A stretch of 62,781 nucleotides of DNA, from sequence record SRR20825010_3076; one strand, given 5' to 3'. A model generated the notes under the pieces. That model was given only the letters and a program-made list of their open reading frames with translations, was not told the DNA's origin and made no database searches. The translations under genes and the position numbers were made by a program. Below, one piece after another: positions 30,241-39,624 of this stretch. The stretch's first letter is position 1. Each line of letters opens with the position of its first letter.

Positions 30241-30615
30241 GGTGTCGCCCTATTGCGAGGCATTGCAACGGTGGTTGTTCTTTTCTGGTGCAGCAGTAGC
30301 CAGCAGGCTGGGTTCCTAGTTCGCCCGTGAAGCGATTTTTGGCCATTAATTTTCTGATTTTAAATAAATTAATGGTTTCTGGCCCCGGATTTGAAGAGAA
30401 AGTTTCGCGAAAGCAGATGACAGTTCATGGCATAAATAGTTTCCCTTTTAAGCTTAATTGAGCTAAAAAGTCTCGATTAAAAATTTGCAAATTCGACATC
30501 ATTGTATTAAAACAGGTTCATCACTCAGTGCTTTAAAAAAGCAATGTAAGTGACTGAGCTGTAAAGAGCCTGATGAGCTCTTTACCGACAAGAAGAAAAA
30601 TGAATTGTTATGGCC

Positions 30616-30649
30616 TTGTCACAAAACTGACATGGTTAATAAACAGAAT
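30616..30649 (+). promoter_or_regulatory. Pho-box-type promoter upstream of porin
   Basis: TTGTCAC-AAAA-CTGACAT (7-4-7; consensus CTGTCAT-A(A/T)A(A/T)-CTGTCAY), followed 10 bp later by CAGAAT as a -10 candidate. Confidence 0.6.
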
Positions 30650-30738
30650 AGGGCTCAACCAGCCCGACTGGTGAAGTCTAAAGAGCGGGAAACTAACCCG
30701 ACGCTAAAACCTGAGTTAACTCAAAAGGAAGACGCAAC

Positions 30739-31746
30739 ATGAAAAAAACGCTCCTCGCATCTGCAATCGCCGCAGCGACCTTCTCTGGTTCCGCGCTGGC
30801 TATGGAGAGTGCTTCTGAACTGGCAGCCCGTATGGACTCCATGCCGGAAGTTTACGGTAACATCCAATATGTTGTTTACCATGCGGACGTTAAAGGCGGT
30901 GAAAACGGCCTTGAGCACGCCGACAATGGTTCAACCATCGGTGTGAAGCACGACCACGAAATTGCTCCGGGTATCACTGGCTTCTTCAAGCTGGAACTTG
31001 AAGGCCTGGCCGCTGACGATAAGGATCGCGAGAGCGGTCTGGAAGACGTTGATGAGGCTTACATCGGTGTGAAAGGCGACAGCTTCGGCCAGGTTTGGGT
31101 TGGTTCTGACGACTCCACATACGAAAGCTCTATCGACAAGATTGCCAACTTCTACGAGTTTGCTGCCTATAACTTCGGTGGCGGCTACGAAACTGGCGAA
31201 GGCGATCTGGTTCAGTACATGACTCCGTCTTTCGGTGGTCTGACCCTGGGCGCTGCTGTACAGATCAATGGTGATCTTGATGACGCTAGCCTGCCTGATA
31301 AGGGGAGCGACAAGTCTTATCCCTATCAGCTGGCCGCTACCTACGCTGTTGACAACGTAGAGCTGGCTGTCGCCATGGACTCCAACGATAGCGCTGGTGG
31401 CCCGAACAACGAAAACACCTACGGCCTGCGTGCCACTGTTGGCCTGGACGCCCTGAGCCTGACTGGTCAGTACCAGACTCGTAAAGACGTTGGCGATCGC
31501 TACGGCGTTCACGCTGTATACGCTGTTGGTCCGAACCAGTTCGCCGCGACTTATGAGCTTGACGTAGCTGATGATTCAGACGACACCGAGCGTAGCACCA
31601 TTACTCTGCAGGCGCTGCACAACCTGTCTGACCACATGTACGTTTACGTTGAAGGTTACCTGGGTGACGGTGACGACGGCGTTTACGGTGTTGCCGACGA
31701 AAGCGAGCGTTCTGCGCTGGCCGTTGGTGGTGTTTACTACTTCTGA
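30739..31746 (+). CDS. Gram-negative general porin
   Basis: MKKTLLA signal peptide, VYG first strand, acidic beta-rich sequence, terminal YYF; strongly biased codon usage. Confidence 0.93.
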   Translation: MKKTLLASAIAAATFSGSALAMESASELAARMDSMPEVYGNIQYVVYHADVKGGENGLEHADNGSTIGVKHDHEIAPGITGFFKLELEGLAADDKDRESGLEDVDEAYIGVKGDSFGQVWVGSDDSTYESSIDKIANFYEFAAYNFGGGYETGEGDLVQYMTPSFGGLTLGAAVQINGDLDDASLPDKGSDKSYPYQLAATYAVDNVELAVAMDSNDSAGGPNNENTYGLRATVGLDALSLTGQYQTRKDVGDRYGVHAVYAVGPNQFAATYELDVADDSDDTERSTITLQALHNLSDHMYVYVEGYLGDGDDGVYGVADESERSALAVGGVYYF

Positions 31747-31777
31747 TCAGCTAACCAGCTAATCTATTAAGTAGTCG

Positions 31778-31810
31778 AAAACCGGCAGCCTTCGGGCTGC
31801 CGGTTTTTTT
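31778..31810 (+). terminator. Intrinsic terminator after porin
   Basis: AAAACCGGCAGCC-TTCG-GGCTGCCGGTTTTTTT. Confidence 0.95.
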
Positions 31811-31849
31811 ATGTATGCTGAAATCAGAATTCACACGGCAGGAGGGCGG

Positions 31850-32707
31850 ATGGCTCAGGAACTGGAAATCAAACTCAGCGTGGCGCAGCCTGATCTGGAC
31901 CGAGCCGTTGACTGGCTTTTGGGTCAGCCAAACACTTATGAGTCCGGGACCCTACAGTTGGGAAACACCTACTACGACACGCCCGACGGGGATCTCAACC
32001 GCCAGAAGATTGCCCTGCGAATCCGGAAGTTGGGTGACAGGCACATCCAGACCCTGAAAACCCGCGGTGAGTTCGTTGATGGTGCTCATCGTCGCCAGGA
32101 GTGGGAGTGGCCGCTGATCGGTACCACGCTCAATATGGGGCTCATCGCGGACACCCCTGTGGGGCAGAGCGTGAACCTTGCCGAACTGCAGCCGGTGTTT
32201 GAGACCAACTTTCAGCGTCGTGTGGTCATGATTGAGCAAGGGGAAAGCCTGGTTGAAGTGGCCATTGATTCCGGGGAAATCGTGGCGGGTGGGCAGTCCC
32301 GCCCGCTCAGTGAAGTTGAATTTGAGCTTAAGGCCGGAGATGCCTCGTTGTTACTAGCGTGGGCGCGACGTCTGGCGGATGAAGTGCCGGTGTTTCTGAA
32401 CCTTGTCAGCAAGGCGGAGCAAGGGTACTACCTCGCGGGGCTCTATCAACCGGTTCCGAAAGCAGAGCGGGATGCCGAGTTGTCGGTGAATGAGTTTCTC
32501 TCGCTCCTCAGTGTGTCATGGCTCATCGGGCAGCCCGCTCCCGTGAAGGAAGACGATTTTCGAGCGATAGCTCGGATGGCTGGCGAGCGCGGCGCCGAGG
32601 AGTTTTGCCAGTGTGTGTTCCGTATGCTGGCAGAGGGGAGGTCCATCGGCGATATGGCAACCAGCAAGGAACTCGGCCAGCTGCAACTGGCTATCGCAGC
32701 GGCATAG
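31850..32707 (+). CDS. CYTH-domain protein (YgiF-like triphosphatase)
   Basis: ELEIKL (ExExK), NTYYDT, ALRIR, QTLK, EVEFELK, SKAEQGY; AGGAGG RBS before 31850. Confidence 0.88.
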   Translation: MAQELEIKLSVAQPDLDRAVDWLLGQPNTYESGTLQLGNTYYDTPDGDLNRQKIALRIRKLGDRHIQTLKTRGEFVDGAHRRQEWEWPLIGTTLNMGLIADTPVGQSVNLAELQPVFETNFQRRVVMIEQGESLVEVAIDSGEIVAGGQSRPLSEVEFELKAGDASLLLAWARRLADEVPVFLNLVSKAEQGYYLAGLYQPVPKAERDAELSVNEFLSLLSVSWLIGQPAPVKEDDFRAIARMAGERGAEEFCQCVFRMLAEGRSIGDMATSKELGQLQLAIAAA

Positions 32708-32708
32708 C

Positions 32709-33887
32709 TTATGGCTGATCGGCCGCTTTGGAGACGTTGCTATCCTCTTGAGTGGCCTGTTTTTGCAGGTTGTGCCATTTGTTAATGAAATCGCGATAAT
32801 GGGACAAGGCTTCTTTCACCACTTCCACGTCCGGGGTCTCACTGGACTTCACCAGAACGATCAGGCCCTTACCTTCAATTTCCTTGTCGGTGGGCGGGTG
32901 GCAAACGACTTCGTTGTTGTCGTCAATATAGGCGAGTGCGGTGCCGATGCCATGCCGAATCAGCGCGCTGACGATATCCGCCCAGTTCAGGTCGTCCAGT
33001 TCAATTTCGTAGCGGTGGGGGTGGTCGTGTTGATAATTAAACAAGTCCTCAAGGACCTTCTCTGAGCCTGGTGCAATGACCGAGCGCACCATGATCTCCG
33101 GATAGGTTCTAACCGGTCGGATAACGGTGCGGACACCCACAGAAGTAAAGCGATCCCGATTTTCATCCCGTACGCACTCCACCGTGACTTTCTGGCCAAG
33201 GTTGGACTCACTCAGCCTGTGGGCGATATCGAAAGTCAGGCTGTCGGAGGTTGGGTCGGATTCGTCGGCGGCCAGCACGATAATATGTCGGGCCGCACCC
33301 GCGTGCACCGCCTTGAGAGCTTCCGGATCGCTGCCGGAGCCATGGAAGTGAACCAGTCCGTTGTCTGCCAGTTCGGGCGGAAGCCCGTTCGGAAACTGGC
33401 TGGTCAGTATGATGATGGGAACGGTTTCATAGCCGGGTACGGCCCGCATCTGGGAGGCAAAGCGGGAAAAATACTGTTCCCCACCCGTCTGCGGTGTGTT
33501 GATGATAACGATGTGGTCTTTCATGGCGTATATCCAACGTCCGGTTAAAATGCGTTCCCGGCGGTAGAACCGGTATTCGATGTAATCACTGACGATAAGT
33601 GTCAGCAGCGTGATGGCGGCAATGAACATCAGGAAAACGGTGCTGAGCCGTCCGATGATGGTTTGCGGCGCAAAATCACCGTAGCCCACGGTAACCAGCG
33701 TTGTCATGGTCATCCACGCAGACTCGAAGAGTGTGAGGTCCTCGGCCGCCCAAATGATCACCACCTGGGTGATCAACAGCCCGCCAAGAATGGTAAAAAG
33801 CCGCTTGATGCGTGACCGGATAATGCCAGACATGGGCAAGTGAGAAAGCTGGTGTTCCGGGTTCAGCGGACGGCGATTCCTCTGCAT
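32709..33887 (-). CDS. Two-TM potassium channel with RCK-like domain
   Basis: Selectivity filter TTLVTVGYGD flanked by TM helices; start codon uncertain. Confidence 0.88.
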   Translation of the reverse strand: MQRNRRPLNPEHQLSHLPMSGIIRSRIKRLFTILGGLLITQVVIIWAAEDLTLFESAWMTMTTLVTVGYGDFAPQTIIGRLSTVFLMFIAAITLLTLIVSDYIEYRFYRRERILTGRWIYAMKDHIVIINTPQTGGEQYFSRFASQMRAVPGYETVPIIILTSQFPNGLPPELADNGLVHFHGSGSDPEALKAVHAGAARHIIVLAADESDPTSDSLTFDIAHRLSESNLGQKVTVECVRDENRDRFTSVGVRTVIRPVRTYPEIMVRSVIAPGSEKVLEDLFNYQHDHPHRYEIELDDLNWADIVSALIRHGIGTALAYIDDNNEVVCHPPTDKEIEGKGLIVLVKSSETPDVEVVKEALSHYRDFINKWHNLQKQATQEDSNVSKAADQP

Positions 33888-33968
33888 CGGTTTCCTTACA
33901 ACGGTTCAGTCGGGGGAGCGTTCGTTATACAGTACGGGAAATATAACAGAGACACAGGGGTTTGCATT

Positions 33969-36875
33969 ATGTCCGAGCCGTGGCGCTCCTTACCGAAGAG
34001 TCTGGCAGATGAGGTTGGTGGTGCCTGGTCTTCGGTGTTTCCCGAGGGAGTGCCCAGCTTTTTGGGCGCTCAGGGTGGTGTGTCCGATGAGGATGTAGCC
34101 CAGGCCGTCGCGCGCAGCCTGTTTGTCAGGCGCACCCTTGAGCGCCATCCGGAGCAGGTCGCGGCGCTATGTCAGTCCCGCCCCCTGGCTGAGCCCACAA
34201 CCTCGGATTACCTTCATCAGCGCTGGCAGGAGTTTCTTTCAGAAGTGGTTGATGAAGGCAGTCTACAGTCGGCGTTGCGGCGATTCCGGACGGAAATACA
34301 GTTCCGGATTATCTGGCGGGATTTGATGCGGTGGGCCGATCTTGCTGAAACCATGGCGGCCACAAGTGATTTCGCCGATACCTGTATCCAGGGTGCTCTG
34401 GAATGGTTGTACGAAGACACTTGCGAACAATCTGGAACGCCGTGGGGAGTTAATCCTGCGACGGGTAAGGAAGGCCCGCAACCCCTGATTGTTCTGGGTA
34501 TGGGGAAGTTGGGAGGGCACGAGCTTAACGTCTCTTCTGATATTGATCTCATCTTCGCGTTCCCGGGGAAGGGCGAAACTCGTGGCGGGCGCCGAGCCAT
34601 CGACAACCAGCAGTTTTTTATCCGCCTGGGTCAGAGGTTGATCCAGGCGCTGGACCAGATCACCGCCGACGGCTTCGTTTTCCGCGTGGATATGCGCCTG
34701 CGCCCCTATGGTCAGAGTGGGGCATTGGTGCTGAGTTTCGCTGCGCTGGAGACCTATTACCAGGATCAGGGGCGGGACTGGGAGCGCTATGCCATGGTAA
34801 AAGCGCGGGTTGTGGCCGGTGACCAGCAGGCGGGGCAAGTGCTGATGGATAGCCTGAAGCCCTTTGTCTATCGCAAGTATATCGACTTCAGTGCGTTTGA
34901 GTCCCTACGTGCCATGAAGTCCATGATCGGCCGGGAAGTGCGCCGTAAAGGCCTGGAAAATAACATCAAGCTCGGCAATGGAGGCATCCGCGAGATTGAG
35001 TTCGTGGTACAGGCCTTCCAGTTGATCCGGGGCGGCCGTGATAGGGAATTACAACAGCGGGAGCTGTTGGTAATCCTGAAGGAGCTGGAAGAATTAGAGT
35101 TGTTGCCATCACCGGTGGTAAAGGAGCTGAAGGAGGCCTATGTCTTCCTTCGCAATCTTGAGCATGCCCTTCAGGGCATGGAAGACAAACAGACCCAACT
35201 GCTGCCGGACGATGGTCTGTCGCAAGCTCGTGTAGCGCTGATCATGGGGTTTGATGATTGGCCAGCCTGCGTTGCGGAACTGGAAAAGCACCGCGAACGG
35301 GTGGCCACCCATTTTGCGGATATCATCGCCATCGAAGATGAAGAACACGAGGTGGCGGCGCTTGATGAAGGCTGGCAGGAACTTTGGCTGGGTGAAATGG
35401 ACGAGGAGGCGGCGACCGCCTGGCTCGATGAACATGGTTTTGAGGACGCCGAAGGCAGCTATGCTGCCCTCAGCGACCTGCGCGAAACCCGCACATTGCA
35501 GACGCTGCAGACCCAAGGGCGACAGCGGTTAAACAAGTTCATACCGGTATTGTTGGAAGCGCTTACTCACGTGGAGGGGCCGTCCCAGACGCTGGTGCGG
35601 GTTCTTCAACTGGTTGAAGCGATTCTGCGCAGAACCGCCTACATGGTGTTGCTGTTGGAGAATCCGGGAGCCAGGACCCAGCTGGTCCGCCTGTGCAGTG
35701 AAAGCCCCTGGATCGCGAGCCAACTGGCGGAAACGCCCTTGCTGCTCGACGAGCTGTTGAACGCAGAGAGTCTGTACAGCCCGCCGGCAAAAACCGAACT
35801 TCAGGATGACCTGCGTCAGCAGATGCTGCGGATTCCCTACGAGGATCTCGAGGAGCAGATGGAGACTCTGCGGCACTTCAAGAAAGCCCACATACTGCGA
35901 GTGGCCGCCTCGGAGATACGGGAAACCCTGCCATTGATGAAGGTCAGTGACTATTTGACGTGGATTGCCGAAGTGGTGCTGGACCATGTGGTGGACGTGG
36001 CGTTCGCGAATCTGGTCAGCCGCCATGGCTACCCACGACGCAAGGATGGCTCAGCCTGTGACACCGATTTTGCCGTCGTTGGCTATGGCAAGTTGGGGGG
36101 TATCGAGCTTGGCTACACCTCGGACCTCGACCTGGTCTTTATCCACGATGCCGATCCGGAGCAGTCAACGGACGGTGACAAGCCCATCGACAACGCCGTT
36201 TTCTACACCCGGCTCGGGCAGCGAATTGTGCACATTCTCAACACCCAGACGCCGTCCGGCCAGCTCTACGAAGTGGATATGCGCCTGCGACCCTCGGGCA
36301 GCTCGGGGCTGTTGGTCAGTACGCTGTCCGCCTTCGAGAAGTACCAGCGTAACGATGCCTGGACCTGGGAGCACCAAGCGCTGGCCCGCGCCCGTGGGGT
36401 GGCAGGCTGTCCGGAAACGTTGGAAGCCTTTGAAAAGCTACGTGCAGACATCCTGTGTCAGCAAAGGGACCAGGGCAAGCTAAAAGAAGAAGTGGTCAGC
36501 ATGCGCGAGAAGATGCGCACCGCCCTGGGCACCCCGCAAATCGAAGGCAAGGTGCCAGAGGTTTTCCATATCAAACACGACTATGGCGGCATTATCGATA
36601 TCGAGTTCATGGTGCAGTACCTGATGCTGGCCTGTTGTTCCGAGCATCCGGAATTGACGCAGTGGTCTGATAATATTCGCCAGATGGAGGAGCTGGGCCG
36701 GGCGGGGGTATTGCCGGTGGAAGACACTGAGAAACTCAGGGAAACATTTATTACCCTGCGCTCTACGATACACCGGCGGGCACTGCAGAACCTGAATAGC
36801 CAGGTGGCGGGTGACGCGTTTCCCGAAGAGCGTGATTACATCCAAAGTATGTGGAATCGGGTTATGTTGGGGTGA
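33969..36875 (+). CDS. glnE: Bifunctional glutamine synthetase adenylyltransferase/adenylyl-removing enzyme
   Basis: Two nucleotidyltransferase motifs GKLGGHELNVSSDIDL and GKLGGIELGYTSDLDL, two VDMRLRP; start placed at MSEPW. Confidence 0.97.
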   Translation: MSEPWRSLPKSLADEVGGAWSSVFPEGVPSFLGAQGGVSDEDVAQAVARSLFVRRTLERHPEQVAALCQSRPLAEPTTSDYLHQRWQEFLSEVVDEGSLQSALRRFRTEIQFRIIWRDLMRWADLAETMAATSDFADTCIQGALEWLYEDTCEQSGTPWGVNPATGKEGPQPLIVLGMGKLGGHELNVSSDIDLIFAFPGKGETRGGRRAIDNQQFFIRLGQRLIQALDQITADGFVFRVDMRLRPYGQSGALVLSFAALETYYQDQGRDWERYAMVKARVVAGDQQAGQVLMDSLKPFVYRKYIDFSAFESLRAMKSMIGREVRRKGLENNIKLGNGGIREIEFVVQAFQLIRGGRDRELQQRELLVILKELEELELLPSPVVKELKEAYVFLRNLEHALQGMEDKQTQLLPDDGLSQARVALIMGFDDWPACVAELEKHRERVATHFADIIAIEDEEHEVAALDEGWQELWLGEMDEEAATAWLDEHGFEDAEGSYAALSDLRETRTLQTLQTQGRQRLNKFIPVLLEALTHVEGPSQTLVRVLQLVEAILRRTAYMVLLLENPGARTQLVRLCSESPWIASQLAETPLLLDELLNAESLYSPPAKTELQDDLRQQMLRIPYEDLEEQMETLRHFKKAHILRVAASEIRETLPLMKVSDYLTWIAEVVLDHVVDVAFANLVSRHGYPRRKDGSACDTDFAVVGYGKLGGIELGYTSDLDLVFIHDADPEQSTDGDKPIDNAVFYTRLGQRIVHILNTQTPSGQLYEVDMRLRPSGSSGLLVSTLSAFEKYQRNDAWTWEHQALARARGVAGCPETLEAFEKLRADILCQQRDQGKLKEEVVSMREKMRTALGTPQIEGKVPEVFHIKHDYGGIIDIEFMVQYLMLACCSEHPELTQWSDNIRQMEELGRAGVLPVEDTEKLRETFITLRSTIHRRALQNLNSQVAGDAFPEERDYIQSMWNRVMLG

Positions 36876-36984
36876 TTGAGAGATGATGGAGGAGTGATGG
36901 AAGAGTGATTGCGCCCCTTCGTAAGCCCGAGTTTTCCTGCTAGAATGCCGGTTTCCCGAATAGAGTGCTTTAGGAGCAGAAACA

Positions 36985-37911
36985 ATGTCGATGGCTGATC
37001 GCGATGGCCTGATCTGGCTGGATGGTGAAATGGTTCCCTGGCGGGAAGCCAAAACTCACGTGCTGACCCACACCCTGCACTATGGTCTGGGTTGTTTCGA
37101 GGGTGTCCGCGCCTACAGCACTGAAAAGGGTGCTGCGATTTTTCGGCTGGAAGATCACACCAATCGTCTTTTCCGCTCCGCGCATATCCTCAACATGACC
37201 ATGCCGTTCAGCAAGGACGAGTTGAATGCGGCACAGACCGCCGCCGTGCGGGAGAATAACCTGGACGAAGCCTACCTGCGCCCGATGGTGTTTCTCGGCT
37301 CTGAAGGTATGGGGCTGCGTGCCGACAACCTCAAGGTTCATGTGATGGTCGCCGCCTGGAGCTGGCCGTCCTACATGTCACCGGAAGCGAAGGAGTTGGG
37401 CATCAAGGTTCGCACCTCTTCCTACACGCGGCATCACGTCAACATCACCATGTGTAAGGCCAAGGCCAACGGTAACTACATCAACTCCATGCTGGCCCTG
37501 AATGAAGCCATTGCCAGTGGCTGCGAAGAAGCCCTGTTGCTGGATAATGAAGGCTACGTGGCTGAAGGTTCCGGTGAAAACATCTTCATTATGCGTGATG
37601 GCGTGCTCCATACACCGGAACTGACGTCCTGCCTGGAAGGCATCACCCGCCAGACCATCCTGGATTTCGCGAAAGAGCTGAACATTCCGGTGAAAGAGCG
37701 TCGTATCACCCGGGATGAGGTCTATATTGCGGACGAAGCCTTCTTTACTGGCACCGCTGCAGAAGTGCTGCCGATCCGTGAGCTGGATGGCCGTTTGATC
37801 GGCGCTGGCAAGCGCGGCCCGCTGACCGAGAAGTTGCAGGGTATGTATTTCGATGCTGTGAAGGGCAAGAGTCCTGCGCATTCACACTGGCTGACAGCGG
37901 TTAACGGCTAA
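36985..37911 (+). CDS. ilvE: Branched-chain amino acid aminotransferase
   Basis: LHYG...FEG.RAY, AKANGNY, EGSGENIF, LEGITR, FFTGTAAEV. Confidence 0.97.
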   Translation: MSMADRDGLIWLDGEMVPWREAKTHVLTHTLHYGLGCFEGVRAYSTEKGAAIFRLEDHTNRLFRSAHILNMTMPFSKDELNAAQTAAVRENNLDEAYLRPMVFLGSEGMGLRADNLKVHVMVAAWSWPSYMSPEAKELGIKVRTSSYTRHHVNITMCKAKANGNYINSMLALNEAIASGCEEALLLDNEGYVAEGSGENIFIMRDGVLHTPELTSCLEGITRQTILDFAKELNIPVKERRITRDEVYIADEAFFTGTAAEVLPIRELDGRLIGAGKRGPLTEKLQGMYFDAVKGKSPAHSHWLTAVNG

Positions 37912-37948
37912 CGCCGTGGTCCACTAACAACACCTGCAGGAAGAGCAA

Positions 37949-38353
37949 ATGGCAGACGTTATCAAAGTGCCGGTCTCCTTCGGCGAAGTGCTGGACAAGA
38001 TCACCATTCTGGAGATCAAGTCTGAACGCATAGCAGACGCGGAAAAGGTCAAAAATGTTCGGCTCGAGCTGGACGAACTGAGCGCCACCTGGAACGAGGC
38101 CGTTCAGGATCAAGCAGCCATCGCAGACCTGCGCAGGCAGCTTAAGGAAGTGAACGAGGCGCTCTGGGAAATCGAAGACGACATTCGTGATCAGGAAGCT
38201 GCTCAGGATTTCGGCGCAACGTTTATTGAACTGGCTCGTGCCGTCTATGTCACCAACGACAAGCGCGCCGCCATCAAGAAGGACGTGAACCTGGCCCTGG
38301 GGTCACGATTTGTGGAAGAAAAGTCCTATCAGGATTACACCGTCCGCAAGTAA
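37949..38353 (+). CDS. Conserved hypothetical protein (DUF6165-like)
   Basis: PVSFGEVLDKITILEIK, N..LWEIEDDIR, ELARAVY.TND.R, EEKSY. Confidence 0.75.
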   Translation: MADVIKVPVSFGEVLDKITILEIKSERIADAEKVKNVRLELDELSATWNEAVQDQAAIADLRRQLKEVNEALWEIEDDIRDQEAAQDFGATFIELARAVYVTNDKRAAIKKDVNLALGSRFVEEKSYQDYTVRK

Positions 38354-38383
38354 AGCGGTGCTTTCACTCGCCTGGATTGTCAC

Positions 38384-38408
38384 ACCCTCTCCCGTCGCGG
38401 GAGAGGGT
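38384..38408. repeat. REP-like palindrome between convergent genes
   Basis: Perfect 11-bp stem ACCCTCTCCCG-TCG-CGGGAGAGGGT. Confidence 0.6.
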
Positions 38409-38449
38409 CAAAGAGAAGGCCGGAGAGAGCCCTAGGCAGTGGCTCGGCA

Positions 38450-39499
38450 TCAGTGCTGGGCAACCCACTGATCCAGCATCTCCGTCACGTCCTCCACCGT
38501 CACCAGTTCCATCGCCCCCTCGAATTCTGCCTTGGCGCCCCAGCGAGCCTGCTCAACAGTCTTGCCAGTGAACCGCTTCAACGCTTCCGGATATCGATTC
38601 ACGCACCATTGCAGCGAGTTGTAAGGGCCGGAACGATTGGGATTGCTGGCCGCGAAAATACCCAGCACATCCGTGCCCATTGAACTGGCAATGTGGGCCG
38701 GCCCGGTATCCGGTGCGACGACCAGATCGGCGCGTTCCAACAGAGCGGTGAGCTGTTTCAGTGTATCCTTGCCACAGATGTTGTGCGCTTGTTCCGCCAT
38801 AGCGTTTTCGATGTCTGTGCAAAATTCCGCTTCAAAAGGGGCGGGGCTGCCCACCAGGATCACCTTCATGCCGTGAGTGCGGATGGCGTGATCAGCCAGC
38901 TGGGCATAGCGCTCGGCAGGCCAGTTGCGAAGGGTGTGGCTGGCACAGGGGCTGATCACGAGGTTCCTGCGGTCCGTTGCGAGGTGTTGCCCGGCAAACT
39001 CATGATCTTCGGAGGTTAATGGGATGACCCATTTTGGTGCGGCGGGCTTCAGGCCAAGTGGCTCCAGGAAACTCGCCAGGCAATCCCGCACGTGCTGTTG
39101 CGCTGCCGGAGCAATTTTCCGGTTTATAAACAGGCTGTGAAGGTCTTTGCTACGGGCACGGTCGTACCCCACTTTCACCTTTGCCGGAATCATCGCCGCC
39201 GCCAGATTGGCCCTGAAGGCCACCTGCATATGCAGCAAGGCATCAAATTTTCTGTTTTTCAGGGTGTTATGCAAGTCCGCATAACCTTTTCGACCGGCTT
39301 TCTTGTCGAAAACGACAAACTCGACACCGGGCAGGTCGCCAATCAGCTTTGCTTCAATCTTGCCGATTACCCAGGTGATTTTAATGCCGGGCACCTGTTC
39401 CTGAAGGCTCAATACCACGGGAATGACATGGGTGACGTCGCCAATGGCGGACAGGCGCAATATACAGATGGAGTTAATCAAGTTACGGTCCGTTTCCAA
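38450..39499 (-). CDS. Glycosyltransferase family 9 (heptosyltransferase-like, OpsX type)
   Basis: ILRLSAIGDV, RNWP.ERY, PDTGPAHIA. Confidence 0.9.
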   Translation of the reverse strand: METDRNLINSICILRLSAIGDVTHVIPVVLSLQEQVPGIKITWVIGKIEAKLIGDLPGVEFVVFDKKAGRKGYADLHNTLKNRKFDALLHMQVAFRANLAAAMIPAKVKVGYDRARSKDLHSLFINRKIAPAAQQHVRDCLASFLEPLGLKPAAPKWVIPLTSEDHEFAGQHLATDRRNLVISPCASHTLRNWPAERYAQLADHAIRTHGMKVILVGSPAPFEAEFCTDIENAMAEQAHNICGKDTLKQLTALLERADLVVAPDTGPAHIASSMGTDVLGIFAASNPNRSGPYNSLQWCVNRYPEALKRFTGKTVEQARWGAKAEFEGAMELVTVEDVTEMLDQWVAQH

Positions 39500-39624
39500 T
39501 CTTTCACTGCCGGATGTGGAGCCGGGCGGGGCTCGTTGGTAAACTGAGCGCCATTCTAGCCTACTGGGCTTTTAACGTCTTTACCCGCAAACCCATGGTT
39601 TGCCGGGCCGAGGGTAACGATCTT

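Noticed and set aside
30561-30600. CTGATGA plus downstream GAAA resembling a hammerhead ribozyme core
   Set aside because: CTGATGA is the loop of a simple hairpin; the three-stem hammerhead topology cannot be built.
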